Made by a program: the position numbers and the translations under genes. Shown here piece after piece: positions 27,047-37,079 of a stretch of 64,000 nt of DNA. Below the pieces are notes generated by a model. The model searched no databases and had not been told where the DNA came from. It saw only the letters and a list, made by a program, of their open reading frames with translations. This DNA comes from an uncultured Armatimonadetes bacterium. GTDB lineage: Bacteria; Armatimonadota; Hebobacteria; Hebobacterales; Hebobacteraceae. Numbering within the stretch: the stretch's first letter is position 1; every line of letters begins with the position of its first letter. The DNA is taken from contig OY970296.1 in NCBI GenBank assembly GCA_963716175.1, forward strand, positions 960,001 to 1,024,000. Reading direction: 5' to 3'.

Positions 27047-30000
27047 TCATTGCACAGGTAGCACCCCGGGCGGCCTGGCGACCTCCGGCTGGTCCCACCA
27101 TCCGGTCAGCCCGCGGGCAGCGGCGCTGTCCCGCTCAGCGTTCGCGTCTTCGCCCAGCACGGTATAGCCCAAGGCGCGGTAGTTGTAGAGAACAGGCCGG
27201 GTGGGATCGGCGCCGATGGCATCGCTGGTCATGTCAACCAGATCCACGGCATAGGGCCTGACCTCGCTCCTGAAGCCGTGAGCGGAACAGAGATCAACGA
27301 GGCTGTAGAGCATGTCCAGGCCCCGCGTGGCGATCTTCAGGGCGCGCCGGAAATGGGCGTGGGCGGCCGCGGTCTTCCTGGCCTTGAGGTCGCAGACACC
27401 CAGGCCGATATGCATGACAGGGGACTCCTGGCCGCCCGCCGCCGCCTGCTCGAAGTCGCTCCTGGCGGCCTGGTAGTCGAAGTTGCCGAGGGCAGTCAGC
27501 CCCGAGTAGACCAGCACCTGGAAGATCTTCCGCTGCTCAGGTGAACTCAGGGCCAGGGTCTGCCGCGCCAGGTCGAGATCCCCCATCTCCAGGGCCGCGT
27601 AGGCCGCGCCAGTGAGCGCGTCCACGCTGCCGGAGTCATTGGCGTAGGCCTCCCGGAAGGAGGTATAGGCCTGATTGGGATAGCCGTCCTCGTCCTGCTG
27701 GTTGCCGACTGACCAGAGCGCGTCGGACACGACCCGTCGGATGAAGACATCGTGGGGTCGCAGCCCCTGAGCCTGATTGGCCGCCTCCAGGTACTGGTCC
27801 GAGTTGTCGCAGGAGTAGACGAGCTGGCCCCGCATCAGCCAGCGCCCGGCGAGCCGGCCCACCGCGGCATCCCGCAGCGTCTCCGCATCCAGCGGCCGCG
27901 TGCACAGGTTGTTGAGCTGCTGCCAGACCTGGGTCTCTGGCACCTGTTCCACCGCGGCCAGCAGGGCCGGCATGGTGGAGGAGACACCCCGGACGGTGAT
28001 CGCCCGGGGAGCCGTGAACTCCAGCACCGGGTATTCCACGCGGTTCACTGGCGCGTCGCCTCCCATGGCGTCGAGCTGCTCGGGGCCGGCCACGAACCAG
28101 CTCAGTATGTCGGCCGGTTTCTGCACGCCCATGGAGAGCAGATCACCCATCACCGCGGGCGCCGCCATCCGCTCCCCCAGGTTCCTCAGGTCTATCTTCA
28201 GGTCGCCGCCCTTGGTCCCGATGAGCACGGTGTCAATGCCGGAGAACCACATGGTGGCATTTGGGAAGACATCCACGAAGGTGCGGATGACGGTGGCGAA
28301 GTCGCTGGGCGAGAGCTGGTAGAGGGGCAGCCACTGGGCCAGCACGCCGCCCTCCTTGAGCCGCTCCTTGCAGATCCGCCAGTGCTCGTAGGAATAGAGG
28401 ATCCCGTTGCCGGAGATGAAGGGGTGGATGGGATCGGAGCTGATGATGTCGTACTGCTTGCGCGTGGCTTTGACGTAGTTGGCGCCGTCGTTGATGATCA
28501 GCTTCACCTTGGGGTTGTGGAGCACGTCGTGGTTCCAGTCGGCGAACTTGGCCGCCCCGCCCGGCACCTCCTCAGAAAGCTCCACCACGGTGACGTGCTC
28601 CACCGAGGGGTAGCTGGCGATAATCCCGCTGGACACGCCCGCGCCCAGCCCGATGATGAGCACTTGCTTGGGATCCGGATGCAGTAAGGCCGGCAGGTGC
28701 CCCAGCATCTTCAGGGCTCGCATGTCGTAGAGGTAGGTGGTGGCCACCGGTTGGGCGTTGACGGAGATGATCCTCTCCCCGGAGCCGGTCTCGAGCACAT
28801 CCACCGAGGCGGTGACCCCCTCCTTGTGATAGAGCAGCTTCTGCATGTGGCGATCGGTGACGTCCACGGTCGAACCCGCCGCCCGGCTGACGTAGTAGCC
28901 GCCGGCGAACGGCCCCCAGCCCGCGAAGAGCAGCTTGGTCTCGAAGCGAGGGTGGAGGAAGGCGAGCACTACTACCGCCGCTACCATCGCGGTCGCGGTT
29001 CCGCCTCGGGCCGCCCGGGGCCAGGGCCTGGCCAGGGATACCGCCAGGGGTCCACCAACCAGCATCAGGAAGAGCGCAGCGACCGTGAGGGCGGGCTGGA
29101 GGCCGAGAAACTTCACCAACACGAAGCCCCCGACCAGTGACCCGACGATTCCCCCCAAGGTGTTCATGGCGTAGACATCGGCAACCGTGCGGCCCACCTG
29201 GGCCGCACCCCGGGAGTACATCCTAACCAGGATCGGGAAGCTGGCGCCGGAGAGGAAAGTTGGCACGAACACCAGCAGGAAGCAGATCACGAACTGGGCC
29301 GCGATCACCAGGCTCCAGACCCCAGCGGCCCAGTCGGACAGCCGGAGGAAAACGAAGGGCAGGCGGTTGATCACGGCCGGCCCCAGCAGGGCGCAGAAGC
29401 CGCCCGTGAAGAGCAAGCCTGCCACCAGGGCGGCGCGATTGCGCATGCGATCAGCGTACGGCGCGAGCACCGCGCTGCCCAGCGCGATGCCGACCAGCAC
29501 CGCGGTGAGCATGGTGGAGAAGGCGTAGGTGGTGGAGCCGAGAATCAGGATCAGGCTGCGCGTCCAGACCACCTCGAGGGCGAGGGCGGCAAGGCCCGCG
29601 GTGAAGGCCAGAGTGAGGACGATCCGCTCTGCTCGGCCCACGCGGCCGGCCGGCGCCGTGATCGGAAGCGCCGCCGGGGCCGCGGCGCCCCGAAAGGCGG
29701 GCCGTCTGCTCAGCAGCAGAGCGCAGGTGGCGAGGAAGAAGTTGCCCAGGGCGGCCACCAGGGTGGTCTTGGGCACGCCAAGGGCGGGAATCAGCAGGAA
29801 CCCCGCACTGGCCGATCCCGCGACCGCGCCGAAGGTGTTCACGGCATAGAGCCGGCCCACGCTGAGGCCGAGCACGCTCTCTCTATCCACCATCAGCTTG
29901 CTCAGCACTGGCAGCGTCGCCCCCATCAAAGTGGTGGGCAGCACCAGCACGGCGAAGCACACCACGAACCGGAACAGGGTGAACAGGCTGAAGCTCTCTC

Positions 30001-30361
30001 CGATGCTAGTGTAGACGGCCGGGTAGGTGGCCTCCACGAGACCCAGGAAGAGAGGCAGCAGCAGCGCGTAGACTCCGACCGCGCCCTCCATGCCGCCGTA
30101 GACCGCCAGGGGGTGAAGCCGGGTGCGATCTATGATCCGGCCCGCCAGGAAGCTCCCGATCGCCAGCCCAGCGAAGAAGGCGGCCAACACGGTGCTCACG
30201 GCATAGGTGCTGACCCCAAACACCAGGCCAAACTTCCGCACCCAGATCACTTCGTAGATCAGGCTCGTCAGCCCGGAAAGGAAGAACAGGAGGAAGATCA
30301 CCACCGACCAACGCCGCCACTCCCCGGCGGGCGGAGCGGACTCGCGATCCATCTGCTTCAT
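27047..30361 (-). CDS. Fused MFS-like membrane domain / spermidine-synthase-like SAM domain with TPR tail
   Basis: SGLTSLIYEVIW, LMGATLP, LYAVNTFG, VLIIGLGAG, DGANY, YDIISSDP, AQWLP. Confidence 0.88.
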   Translation of the reverse strand: MKQMDRESAPPAGEWRRWSVVIFLLFFLSGLTSLIYEVIWVRKFGLVFGVSTYAVSTVLAAFFAGLAIGSFLAGRIIDRTRLHPLAVYGGMEGAVGVYALLLPLFLGLVEATYPAVYTSIGESFSLFTLFRFVVCFAVLVLPTTLMGATLPVLSKLMVDRESVLGLSVGRLYAVNTFGAVAGSASAGFLLIPALGVPKTTLVAALGNFFLATCALLLSRRPAFRGAAAPAALPITAPAGRVGRAERIVLTLAFTAGLAALALEVVWTRSLILILGSTTYAFSTMLTAVLVGIALGSAVLAPYADRMRNRAALVAGLLFTGGFCALLGPAVINRLPFVFLRLSDWAAGVWSLVIAAQFVICFLLVFVPTFLSGASFPILVRMYSRGAAQVGRTVADVYAMNTLGGIVGSLVGGFVLVKFLGLQPALTVAALFLMLVGGPLAVSLARPWPRAARGGTATAMVAAVVVLAFLHPRFETKLLFAGWGPFAGGYYVSRAAGSTVDVTDRHMQKLLYHKEGVTASVDVLETGSGERIISVNAQPVATTYLYDMRALKMLGHLPALLHPDPKQVLIIGLGAGVSSGIIASYPSVEHVTVVELSEEVPGGAAKFADWNHDVLHNPKVKLIINDGANYVKATRKQYDIISSDPIHPFISGNGILYSYEHWRICKERLKEGGVLAQWLPLYQLSPSDFATVIRTFVDVFPNATMWFSGIDTVLIGTKGGDLKIDLRNLGERMAAPAVMGDLLSMGVQKPADILSWFVAGPEQLDAMGGDAPVNRVEYPVLEFTAPRAITVRGVSSTMPALLAAVEQVPETQVWQQLNNLCTRPLDAETLRDAAVGRLAGRWLMRGQLVYSCDNSDQYLEAANQAQGLRPHDVFIRRVVSDALWSVGNQQDEDGYPNQAYTSFREAYANDSGSVDALTGAAYAALEMGDLDLARQTLALSSPEQRKIFQVLVYSGLTALGNFDYQAARSDFEQAAAGGQESPVMHIGLGVCDLKARKTAAAHAHFRRALKIATRGLDMLYSLVDLCSAHGFRSEVRPYAVDLVDMTSDAIGADPTRPVLYNYRALGYTVLGEDANAERDSAAARGLTGWWDQPEVARPPGVLPVQ

Positions 30362-30379
30362 CGGTCACCTCTGAAGTAC

Positions 30380-30509
30380 TAGAGCGCATTTCATAACCTA
30401 CCTGCTGGCTGGCCGCACCACGCCCTCGCATGAAATGCGCCTGCTACGGCCTGACGTCGTGCAGTGCTGTTTCATAACCTCCCCTGGGAAGGTTATGAAA
30501 CAGCTTCTA
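30380..30509. mobile_element. 130-bp MITE, family 1, copy B
   Basis: Matches 9891-10020; CTAG at both junctions. Confidence 0.85.
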
Positions 30510-30600
30510 GCCCCGTGGCCTACAGGTGCTGCGGCCCCGGGACAGAATTAGACTTTCTTCCCGTGGCCGGGCCTTCCTGCCCGCCGCGGCGCAGGGAAGA

Positions 30601-30627
30601 CGGCGGGCATGGGTATGCCCGCCCTAC
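30601..30627 (-). repeat. GTAG-type REP copy 6
   Basis: Exact reverse complement of copy 5. Confidence 0.88.
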
Positions 30628-30680
30628 AGTGGGCTTGGTGTGTGCAGGGAACTCGTATCTGTCGGCGAGGAGGCGCGAGC

Positions 30681-31862
30681 ATGCTGGTGAAGGTCGGGCT
30701 CTCCACAGGCGATTTCGTAGGCAGCAGCAATACCGCCATTCAGCAGGCGATTGACGCCGCCGCAGGCCGCGGAGGCGGGACGGTCGAGTTGGGGCCTGGG
30801 GTATTCACGCTCCACGACTCCGTCAGGCTTAGACCGAACGTGCGGCTGGTGGGTTCCGGGCCGGACACGGTGCTGCGCAAATGCGACGGGCCAGCCAGCG
30901 GCTTCGCGGTGGATGCCGACTACGGCCAGTCCAAGGTGACGGTGCAGGACCCCGCGGGCTTCTGCGCGGGCATGGGGGTGGTAGTTGGGGACGAGCATTC
31001 CGGCGGATGGCACGACACGGTGGCGACCATCACCGCGATCCAGGGCAACGTGCTGCACCTGGACCGGTGGTTCCTGTCCGACTACGACGCGGACCAGGGT
31101 GGGCTGGTACACTGCGCTTTTCCGCCGATCTCAGGCATTGATGTTGACAACGTGATCATCGAGGGGATAGGTGTGGACGGCAACAAGGCCAACAACGGGC
31201 GGATCAACGGCTGCGTGGCCGGGGGCATCTATCTTCACCGCGCGCGCCACTGCCGCATCGCCGACTGCCTGGTGCGGGATTTCAACGGCGATGGCATCAG
31301 CTTCCAGATCACCCAGGACATTGTGGTAGAGGGCTGCGAGGTCACAGGCAGCGTCGGCCTGGGCCTGCATCCCGGCACCGGCTCGGCCCGGCCCATCATC
31401 CGCAACTGCACCGCACACCACAACGGAGAGGATGGCTTCTTCCTGTGCTGGCGGGCGCAGGAGGGGCTGTTCGAGAACAACCAGTTTCTCCACAACAGCC
31501 GCTACGGGATCTCGATCGGCCACAAGGATACGGACAATCTGTTCGTTGGCAATCTGGTGAAAGGCAACAAGTCCCACGGCATCTACTTCCGCGACGAGAA
31601 GCCGACCAACGCCGGCAGCCGCAATACCTTCCGCGACAACGTGGTCGAGGACAACGTGGGCAGCGGGATTCATGTCGAGGGGCATACTACCGACCTGCTG
31701 TTCGAGGAGAACACCATCCGCGACACCCGCTCGGGCGACCCTCGCACCCAGCGCATCGGCATCTATGCCGGAGACCACACCGCCCGCATCCGCGCCCTGC
31801 GCAACCGCATCGAGAACCACGTCGAGGCCGCGACCAAGGGGGCGGTGACGGTGGAGGCATAG
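30681..31862 (+). CDS. Right-handed parallel beta-helix (pectate-lyase-like) protein
   Basis: AIQQAIDA..GGGTV.L..G, DGNKANN, repeated N..DGI/N..GI turns; GAGGAGG RBS. Confidence 0.85.
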   Translation: MLVKVGLSTGDFVGSSNTAIQQAIDAAAGRGGGTVELGPGVFTLHDSVRLRPNVRLVGSGPDTVLRKCDGPASGFAVDADYGQSKVTVQDPAGFCAGMGVVVGDEHSGGWHDTVATITAIQGNVLHLDRWFLSDYDADQGGLVHCAFPPISGIDVDNVIIEGIGVDGNKANNGRINGCVAGGIYLHRARHCRIADCLVRDFNGDGISFQITQDIVVEGCEVTGSVGLGLHPGTGSARPIIRNCTAHHNGEDGFFLCWRAQEGLFENNQFLHNSRYGISIGHKDTDNLFVGNLVKGNKSHGIYFRDEKPTNAGSRNTFRDNVVEDNVGSGIHVEGHTTDLLFEENTIRDTRSGDPRTQRIGIYAGDHTARIRALRNRIENHVEAATKGAVTVEA

Positions 31863-32179
31863 GGCGAGCGTCCGCCCTAGCCTCGGCGAAGCCGGATGCC
31901 CCCCGGAACCCCATCCACCTCGGAGGCGCAGAGAACACAGAGGGAGAGGGGTTTTGGGACTTCAGTCCCGGAACCGAGATCCTCGGAGTTTGCACGGTCT
32001 GCCTGAACCGGCAGGAGGCAAATCTGCCCGCCTCGGGCGGGCCCCTGCCCTAGGAGCAGCGCCCGCGACTCCTCCCGGTAGAGCGGCCTATGCTTGCCAT
32101 CGCCAAGATGAGCCGCGAGCAACTCGCGCGGTATGGGCCAATCTGGGGGGAATTCAGCCACACGCTACATGCTGTAGAC

Positions 32180-32758
32180 TCATGCATTTTGATCTTCGCC
32201 CCGCCCAGCAGGGCGGAAGGCGCTCGGCACCTCGTAGCCCGCCGCGGTGAGCAGATCGAAGAGTCGGTGCCGCTGCGCCTGGTGGGCCGCATCGAAGAGC
32301 GGCGCACACCGCACCACGCTCACACGCTCCGCCGCCAGTTCGACAGCAAAGGCCAGGCACGTGGGCAAACCACACGCTTTGCAGTTCGTCCTGGGGAGCA
32401 GCTCGAACACCGGCAGCGGAGTGAGGCGCTCCCGCCGCGCGTGGGAGGGGGTGATCTCCTCTCGGCGATCCCACGTGCCATTGAGCAGGCCCTTGAGCCA
32501 GTCCAGGAGGCCGCGCGCATCTTCCACATCGTCGGCCTTGGCGCCGGTGATGAGACGGCGCTGAAGGCAGATGATGCGGTAGTCCCGGTAGAGGGTGAGT
32601 GACTGGGAGGTCGGGTTGTAGATCGCCTTCGGCAGCACGGCATTCAGGTAGGGCAGAACGGGGCTCACATCGACAGAAGCGCGTGCGTGGAACCGAATCT
32701 TGCTCGCATCGGCAAGACACGGAAGAACGTGGGTGATTTCGAGCGTCTCGACAAGCAT
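32180..32758 (-). CDS. Putative Fe-S-binding protein (COG4871-like; C-terminal FeS domain)
   Basis: PCLAD..KIR; LLPRTNCKACGLPTCLAFA...CAPL. Confidence 0.85.
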   Translation of the reverse strand: MLVETLEITHVLPCLADASKIRFHARASVDVSPVLPYLNAVLPKAIYNPTSQSLTLYRDYRIICLQRRLITGAKADDVEDARGLLDWLKGLLNGTWDRREEITPSHARRERLTPLPVFELLPRTNCKACGLPTCLAFAVELAAERVSVVRCAPLFDAAHQAQRHRLFDLLTAAGYEVPSAFRPAGRGEDQNA

Positions 32759-32791
32759 GTGCGCGCAATCCAGCGGAAGCAGGCGGCGGTG

Positions 32792-33493
32792 CTAGTGCGC
32801 CGTATAGATCAAGTACAGCCCGCCCAGCAGCACCAGAACTCCGCACACCTTCCTAAGGATGTCGGCTCCCCGCGAGCGGTCGGTCCAGTGCAGGTAGCGC
32901 TGCACCGCCTCAGTGGAGGTGCCCGCCGCCACGATCACCGAGCAGTGCCCGACGCCGAAGGCGAGCAGCAGCGCGCCCGCGTAGAGCGGGTTCGTGGTGG
33001 CCACCTGGAGCGTGACGCCCAGCATGGGGGCCATGTAGGCGAAGGTGCACGGACCGAGGGCCACGCCGAAGAGCAGTCCGAGGATGAAGCCGGCAAGCAG
33101 GCCGCGCTGCTTCGTCCCTACTTGCCCCGGCCCCGACCAGGGCGCTGGAATCACGCCGATCAGATGCAGCCCGACGAGGAAGAAGATGCCGGCGAGGAGG
33201 TAGTTCCCGTAGCGTCCGACGTCACCCATCATGCGCCCGAGGGCCGCAGTAACCGCACCGATGAGGGCGATGGTGACGAGGATGCCCACCGCGAACGCGG
33301 TCGAGATGGTAAAGGCGCGCCGGGTGGTCAGGTTCGACTGCTCCCCGACGAACCCGACGATGAGCGGGACGCTGGAGAGGTGACAGGGGCTCAGCAGAAT
33401 GCTCAGCACCCCCCACACGAAGGAGGCCCCGAGCGCGAGGTGGGGCGCGCCCTGGACGGCGTGGGTCAGCGCGGCGAGCCACTCCGCCATCAC
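32792..33493 (-). CDS. ccdA: CcdA/DsbD-type membrane thiol-disulfide transporter
   Basis: LLSPCHLSSVP and ALGPCTFAY Cys-Pro motifs; about 6 transmembrane segments. Confidence 0.88.
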   Translation of the reverse strand: MMAEWLAALTHAVQGAPHLALGASFVWGVLSILLSPCHLSSVPLIVGFVGEQSNLTTRRAFTISTAFAVGILVTIALIGAVTAALGRMMGDVGRYGNYLLAGIFFLVGLHLIGVIPAPWSGPGQVGTKQRGLLAGFILGLLFGVALGPCTFAYMAPMLGVTLQVATTNPLYAGALLLAFGVGHCSVIVAAGTSTEAVQRYLHWTDRSRGADILRKVCGVLVLLGGLYLIYTAH

Positions 33494-34407
33494 TTGACCC
33501 CCAGCTCCGCGAGCTTCGCTCTGAGCTGCGCCTCCGGGAAGACCCCGACGTGCCGGAACACCTCCTTGCCTTCCCGATCGAAGAACACCTGGAGAGGGAT
33601 GGTCCTCACGCCAAAGCGAGAGCCCAGCACCTGCTCCTTGCGCACGTCCACAAAGAGCACATCGGCCTTGCCCTTCAGTTCACCGCCGAGCAACGTGAGG
33701 ATCGGGGCCATGGTCTCGCAGGCCACGCAGCCTTCGGCCCCGAAGTCCACCAGACTCGGCCGGCCCGAAAGGCGTGCCTTGTCCACCGGGTTGTCAATCA
33801 GCTGGCGGTACTGAGTCTTCACCCACGTCCCGGCCAGCTCGACGCCCACACGTTCGCTGAGGGTGTTCACGTACTGCCGCTTCGCCTCCTCGCGCTTCTG
33901 GCGGACAACATAGCTGGTGAGTTGGGGCTTGACCTGTTCGAAGCTCACTCCTCCGAGCATCTCCTTGTTCTCGCTATAGAAGCGACGCAGGTCCGCGTCG
34001 GTGATTGTCACGCGGGTCGCGATGCTGCCCAGGTAAGCCTGCACGCGGGCGGTCTCAGTCTCTTTGGCATCACGCTTCGTCGTCTTCGCCCATTGTTCGG
34101 CCTCGACTGAAACGAGCCGCTTCATCGCAAGCTGCTCGAGGACGAACACGCGGTTCCGCTCCAGTTGGGACCGCACGTCGGGAGAAGCCTTCGCGATCTC
34201 TCCGTCCACGTCCTGCGTGGTGACGGTGATGGATCCCGCGCGCAGCAGCATCCCGACCGGCAGTTCGGCCAGGTGGGCAGAGGCGAGGGGGCTCGCGCTC
34301 AGCAGCGGGCACTCCTGGGCGAGCGTGCGCGGCGCGGCCTCGGCCTGAAACAGGGCCGCGCACATCACGAGGGCGAGAAGAGCGAGGGGGCCGCCGATGC
34401 TCCTCAC
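33490..34407 (-). CDS. Exported protein: SurA-like helical domain plus thioredoxin
   Basis: Signal peptide; ITDADLRRFYSENK; VDFGAEGCVAC...IPLQVFFD. Confidence 0.8.
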   Translation of the reverse strand: MRSIGGPLALLALVMCAALFQAEAAPRTLAQECPLLSASPLASAHLAELPVGMLLRAGSITVTTQDVDGEIAKASPDVRSQLERNRVFVLEQLAMKRLVSVEAEQWAKTTKRDAKETETARVQAYLGSIATRVTITDADLRRFYSENKEMLGGVSFEQVKPQLTSYVVRQKREEAKRQYVNTLSERVGVELAGTWVKTQYRQLIDNPVDKARLSGRPSLVDFGAEGCVACETMAPILTLLGGELKGKADVLFVDVRKEQVLGSRFGVRTIPLQVFFDREGKEVFRHVGVFPEAQLRAKLAELGVK

Positions 34408-34952
34408 TTGGCCCCTCGCAGCACGACGCCGTGCTCCGTGAACTTGGCGAGAATGTCCGCCTTGGGGAAGAACCCCTCGTGCCGGAAGAACTCCTTGCCG
34501 TCGGCCCTGACAAACACTTGCGTGGGAATCACGCGAATCTTGTAGGCCTTCGCCTTGTCCGGGTGCTCATAGACGTCCCAGAAGGGGACCTCCAGCTGCC
34601 CCTTGTACTCCTTGCGCAACTCCTCCAGGATGGGCTGCATCATCTGGCACGGGATGCAGGTCTTGGAGCCGAGCTCGATTATCTGCGGGAGCGCCTTCTG
34701 TTTGGGCGTCCGAGTGGGGTTTGGCTTGGCTGCGGTCGCCGGAGGCGGCGCCTGCGATGGACTCGCGGCAGCTTTGACCGGCGCGGTGGCGGGAGTCTGC
34801 GAGGAGGCAGTTGATGGTTGTGCTGCCATCTCCCGCGGAGTCGAAGACGACGGCGGTGATGCTGTATTCGCGCCATTCCGCTTGCCGGCGAGGATCGCGG
34901 CTACCGCGATAACAAGGACCACAACGATAAGGACCTTCCACGTGTTACGCAT
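34404..34952 (-). CDS. Membrane-anchored thioredoxin family protein
   Basis: N-terminal TM, P/A/S-rich linker, ELGSKTCIPC, IPTQVF, FRHEGF. Confidence 0.88.
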   Translation of the reverse strand: MRNTWKVLIVVVLVIAVAAILAGKRNGANTASPPSSSTPREMAAQPSTASSQTPATAPVKAAASPSQAPPPATAAKPNPTRTPKQKALPQIIELGSKTCIPCQMMQPILEELRKEYKGQLEVPFWDVYEHPDKAKAYKIRVIPTQVFVRADGKEFFRHEGFFPKADILAKFTEHGVVLRGAK

Positions 34953-35022
34953 GAGTCGCTCTGCTCCTGATAGCGAGATTCGTTTGAAGAGTGACGCCAG
35001 AATCCGGACGGCAGCGACGCCG

Positions 35023-35718
35023 CTACCGGTCTGACGCGAGGGGGGTCCGATATGCCTCCACAAGCGCGGCCGCGTAGGCCTGTGCTTCACTGTCGTCAAT
35101 GGCATGGTAGACGCGAACCACTTCGAGCAGGCGCGCCGGGGCGTCGGGGCTGTCGGCCGCCAGTCCATCCTCCTGGCACTGCCTGAAGATCAGCGGCAGC
35201 CCGGCGATCTCGACGGTCTTGCCGTTCACCTGGATGACGCCCGAGGGAAGGCCGACGGCGCAGCCGCAGGCCGATGAGGCCTCTGCTGCCACTGGCTGGT
35301 CTCCGGCACGGTTTGCAGCAGCCTCATCCAGCGCCTCCGCAAGCCGCGCCGCGACCAGCTCGACTGCGGCGACGTCGGCCTCCGTGAGGTCGCGGCCGGA
35401 CCGTGCGCCACTGAGGGGCGCGGCGTCCTTCAGCATCTCGGTCACTACGAAGGCGGCGTTGACCGGGCCGCTGTACTTCTCCGTACCCCACTGGGCGCAG
35501 CGCTTGTGGCAGCCGTCAATGGTGATGGTGGAGAAGTTGCGGGCGAAGTCGCGCTCGCCCTCATTGCCGGCCAGGAAGAGGGGCAAGCAGATGGTCACCG
35601 CCTGCCCGGGCCGAAGCTGCTCCATAACCCGGCGCACCGCCAGCCGGGAGATGGTTCCCTCCGGGATCTCCTCGCCCGCGCACGAGATGATGCCAACCTT
35701 GATGGTCTCTTCGGCCAT
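35023..35718 (-). CDS. DGC-domain (putative zinc-binding) protein with extra C-terminal domain
   Basis: IISCAG, TICLP, ITIDGCHKRCA; C-terminal CGC...VNGKTVEIAGL. Confidence 0.8.
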   Translation of the reverse strand: MAEETIKVGIISCAGEEIPEGTISRLAVRRVMEQLRPGQAVTICLPLFLAGNEGERDFARNFSTITIDGCHKRCAQWGTEKYSGPVNAAFVVTEMLKDAAPLSGARSGRDLTEADVAAVELVAARLAEALDEAAANRAGDQPVAAEASSACGCAVGLPSGVIQVNGKTVEIAGLPLIFRQCQEDGLAADSPDAPARLLEVVRVYHAIDDSEAQAYAAALVEAYRTPLASDR

Positions 35719-35720
35719 GC

Positions 35721-36140
35721 TCACTGCTCCTCCCCGCCGCACAGCTCGCGCACTCGCGCCGCGAGCTGCTGGGCGATCTCATCGGTGATGGCCCAGCCGT
35801 CCTCGGAAAGCTCGGTAGCGGTGCCGGGCTGGGCGCCCTTGTGGCCCTTGAAGGCGTCCACTACGCGCAGGCTCTCCGCGATGTTGCCGCCCGCGAGCTG
35901 CACATTCTTGTAGGAGCAGAGCTTCGGGCAGCCGTCTATGGTGATACAGGGCCGGGTGCGGACCGCCTCCACTGCTTCCGCGTCGCCCTTCACCAGCAGG
36001 GCGAGGCAGATCGTGTCAGAGGCGCCGGGCTCGATGCCCTCGACGACGCGGTAGGTCGCCTCCCGCGCCATCAGCCCGTGCACTTTGCCGATGCCGCTGC
36101 ATGGGATCACGAGCACCTTGTTATTCGCTGATGCGGCCAT
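35721..36140 (-). CDS. DGC-domain protein
   Basis: IPCSGIGK, TICLA, ITIDGCPKLCS. Confidence 0.85.
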   Translation of the reverse strand: MAASANNKVLVIPCSGIGKVHGLMAREATYRVVEGIEPGASDTICLALLVKGDAEAVEAVRTRPCITIDGCPKLCSYKNVQLAGGNIAESLRVVDAFKGHKGAQPGTATELSEDGWAITDEIAQQLAARVRELCGGEEQ

Positions 36141-36176
36141 CCGGTATCTCCTTCGTTTCTCCCGCCACTAGGGACG

Positions 36177-36238
36177 ATGGCTAGGTCTGCCTCGGGCAGA
36201 CCGCCATGGCGGCCTCGGCAGAGCCGAGGCCTAGCCAT
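36177..36238. other. Perfect four-way-junction palindrome
   Basis: Outer 9-bp stem enclosing three contiguous hairpins with no unpaired linkers. Confidence 0.8.
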
Positions 36239-37079
36239 AGTCGGCGGCCTGCTGTCGCACCAGCGCCAGGTAGGCCTCGCCGTCAAGCAGCAGTGCTCGG
36301 TCGCTCTCCAGCTCACGAAGCTCGAGCTCCGCCACCCACCCGCGGACATAGGGGTCTTCGTTGATGATCTCAGGCGCTTCCGCGACCGCGGGGTTGACGG
36401 CCACCACCCGGCCGCTCACCGGAGAGATGATGTCGGACACCGCCTTCACCGACTCCACGCTGCCAACGGCGTCGAACTGGCCCACCTCGGCTCCTACCTG
36501 CGGCAGCTCGCAGAAGGTGAGATCACCCAGTTCCTGCTGCATGTAGTCGGAGATGCCGACCCGCGCCCGGCTGCCGGCCACCCGCGCCCAGCAGTGGTTC
36601 TCGTTGAACAGGTAGCCCTGCGTCGGGATGCGGAAGATGAACTTGTCATGGGTGACGGTGGCGTACTCGACCGGCTCTGCGAAGGCGGCCTCGCTGTCAA
36701 GCGCGGTTCCCTCCTCCGGCAACGACAGCAGTCTCTCCGCCAGGAGGCGACACAGAGCGAGTCGCTGCGCATCCGGGGTTAGGCTTTCACCGGCCGATTC
36801 GCCCATGAGCTTCAGCGCCTCCGCGACCTGGAGCTTGCGTGCGGTCTTCAGCTCGTGTTCACCGGCCAGCTTGGTGGCGCACCGGGTGCCGCAGCCGTCA
36901 ATCACGATCAAGGGCAACTCCAGCGCCTTGGCATAGCGGGCTGGAAGGTTGTTGAACAGCACCGGGCAGATCAGCTCGCCCTGGCAGGCCGCCACCACCG
37001 CCAGCGCGATCTCGCGCGCCAGCGGACCGACGGCCTTGTCGAGACCATTGCAGGGAAGCACTGCGAATCGCTCAGCCAT
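36231..37079 (-). CDS. DGC domain fused to a glycine-cleavage H (lipoyl carrier) domain
   Basis: LPCNGLDK..LICP..VIDGCGTRCA; then H.W....ARVGISDYMQQELGD, VESVKAVSD (lipoyl Lys), SPVSG.V..VN, INEDPY..GW. Confidence 0.88.
   Translation of the reverse strand: MAERFAVLPCNGLDKAVGPLAREIALAVVAACQGELICPVLFNNLPARYAKALELPLIVIDGCGTRCATKLAGEHELKTARKLQVAEALKLMGESAGESLTPDAQRLALCRLLAERLLSLPEEGTALDSEAAFAEPVEYATVTHDKFIFRIPTQGYLFNENHCWARVAGSRARVGISDYMQQELGDLTFCELPQVGAEVGQFDAVGSVESVKAVSDIISPVSGRVVAVNPAVAEAPEIINEDPYVRGWVAELELRELESDRALLLDGEAYLALVRQQAADYG

Noticed and set aside
31877-32161. 94-aa ORF after the FeS gene
   Set aside because: No RBS or recognisable motif, and its 3' half runs through palindromic repeats; at most a remnant.
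36231-36660. Canonical glycine cleavage system gene gcvH
   Set aside because: The domain is fused to DGC and gcvT/gcvP are absent from the window, so no gene symbol was assigned.
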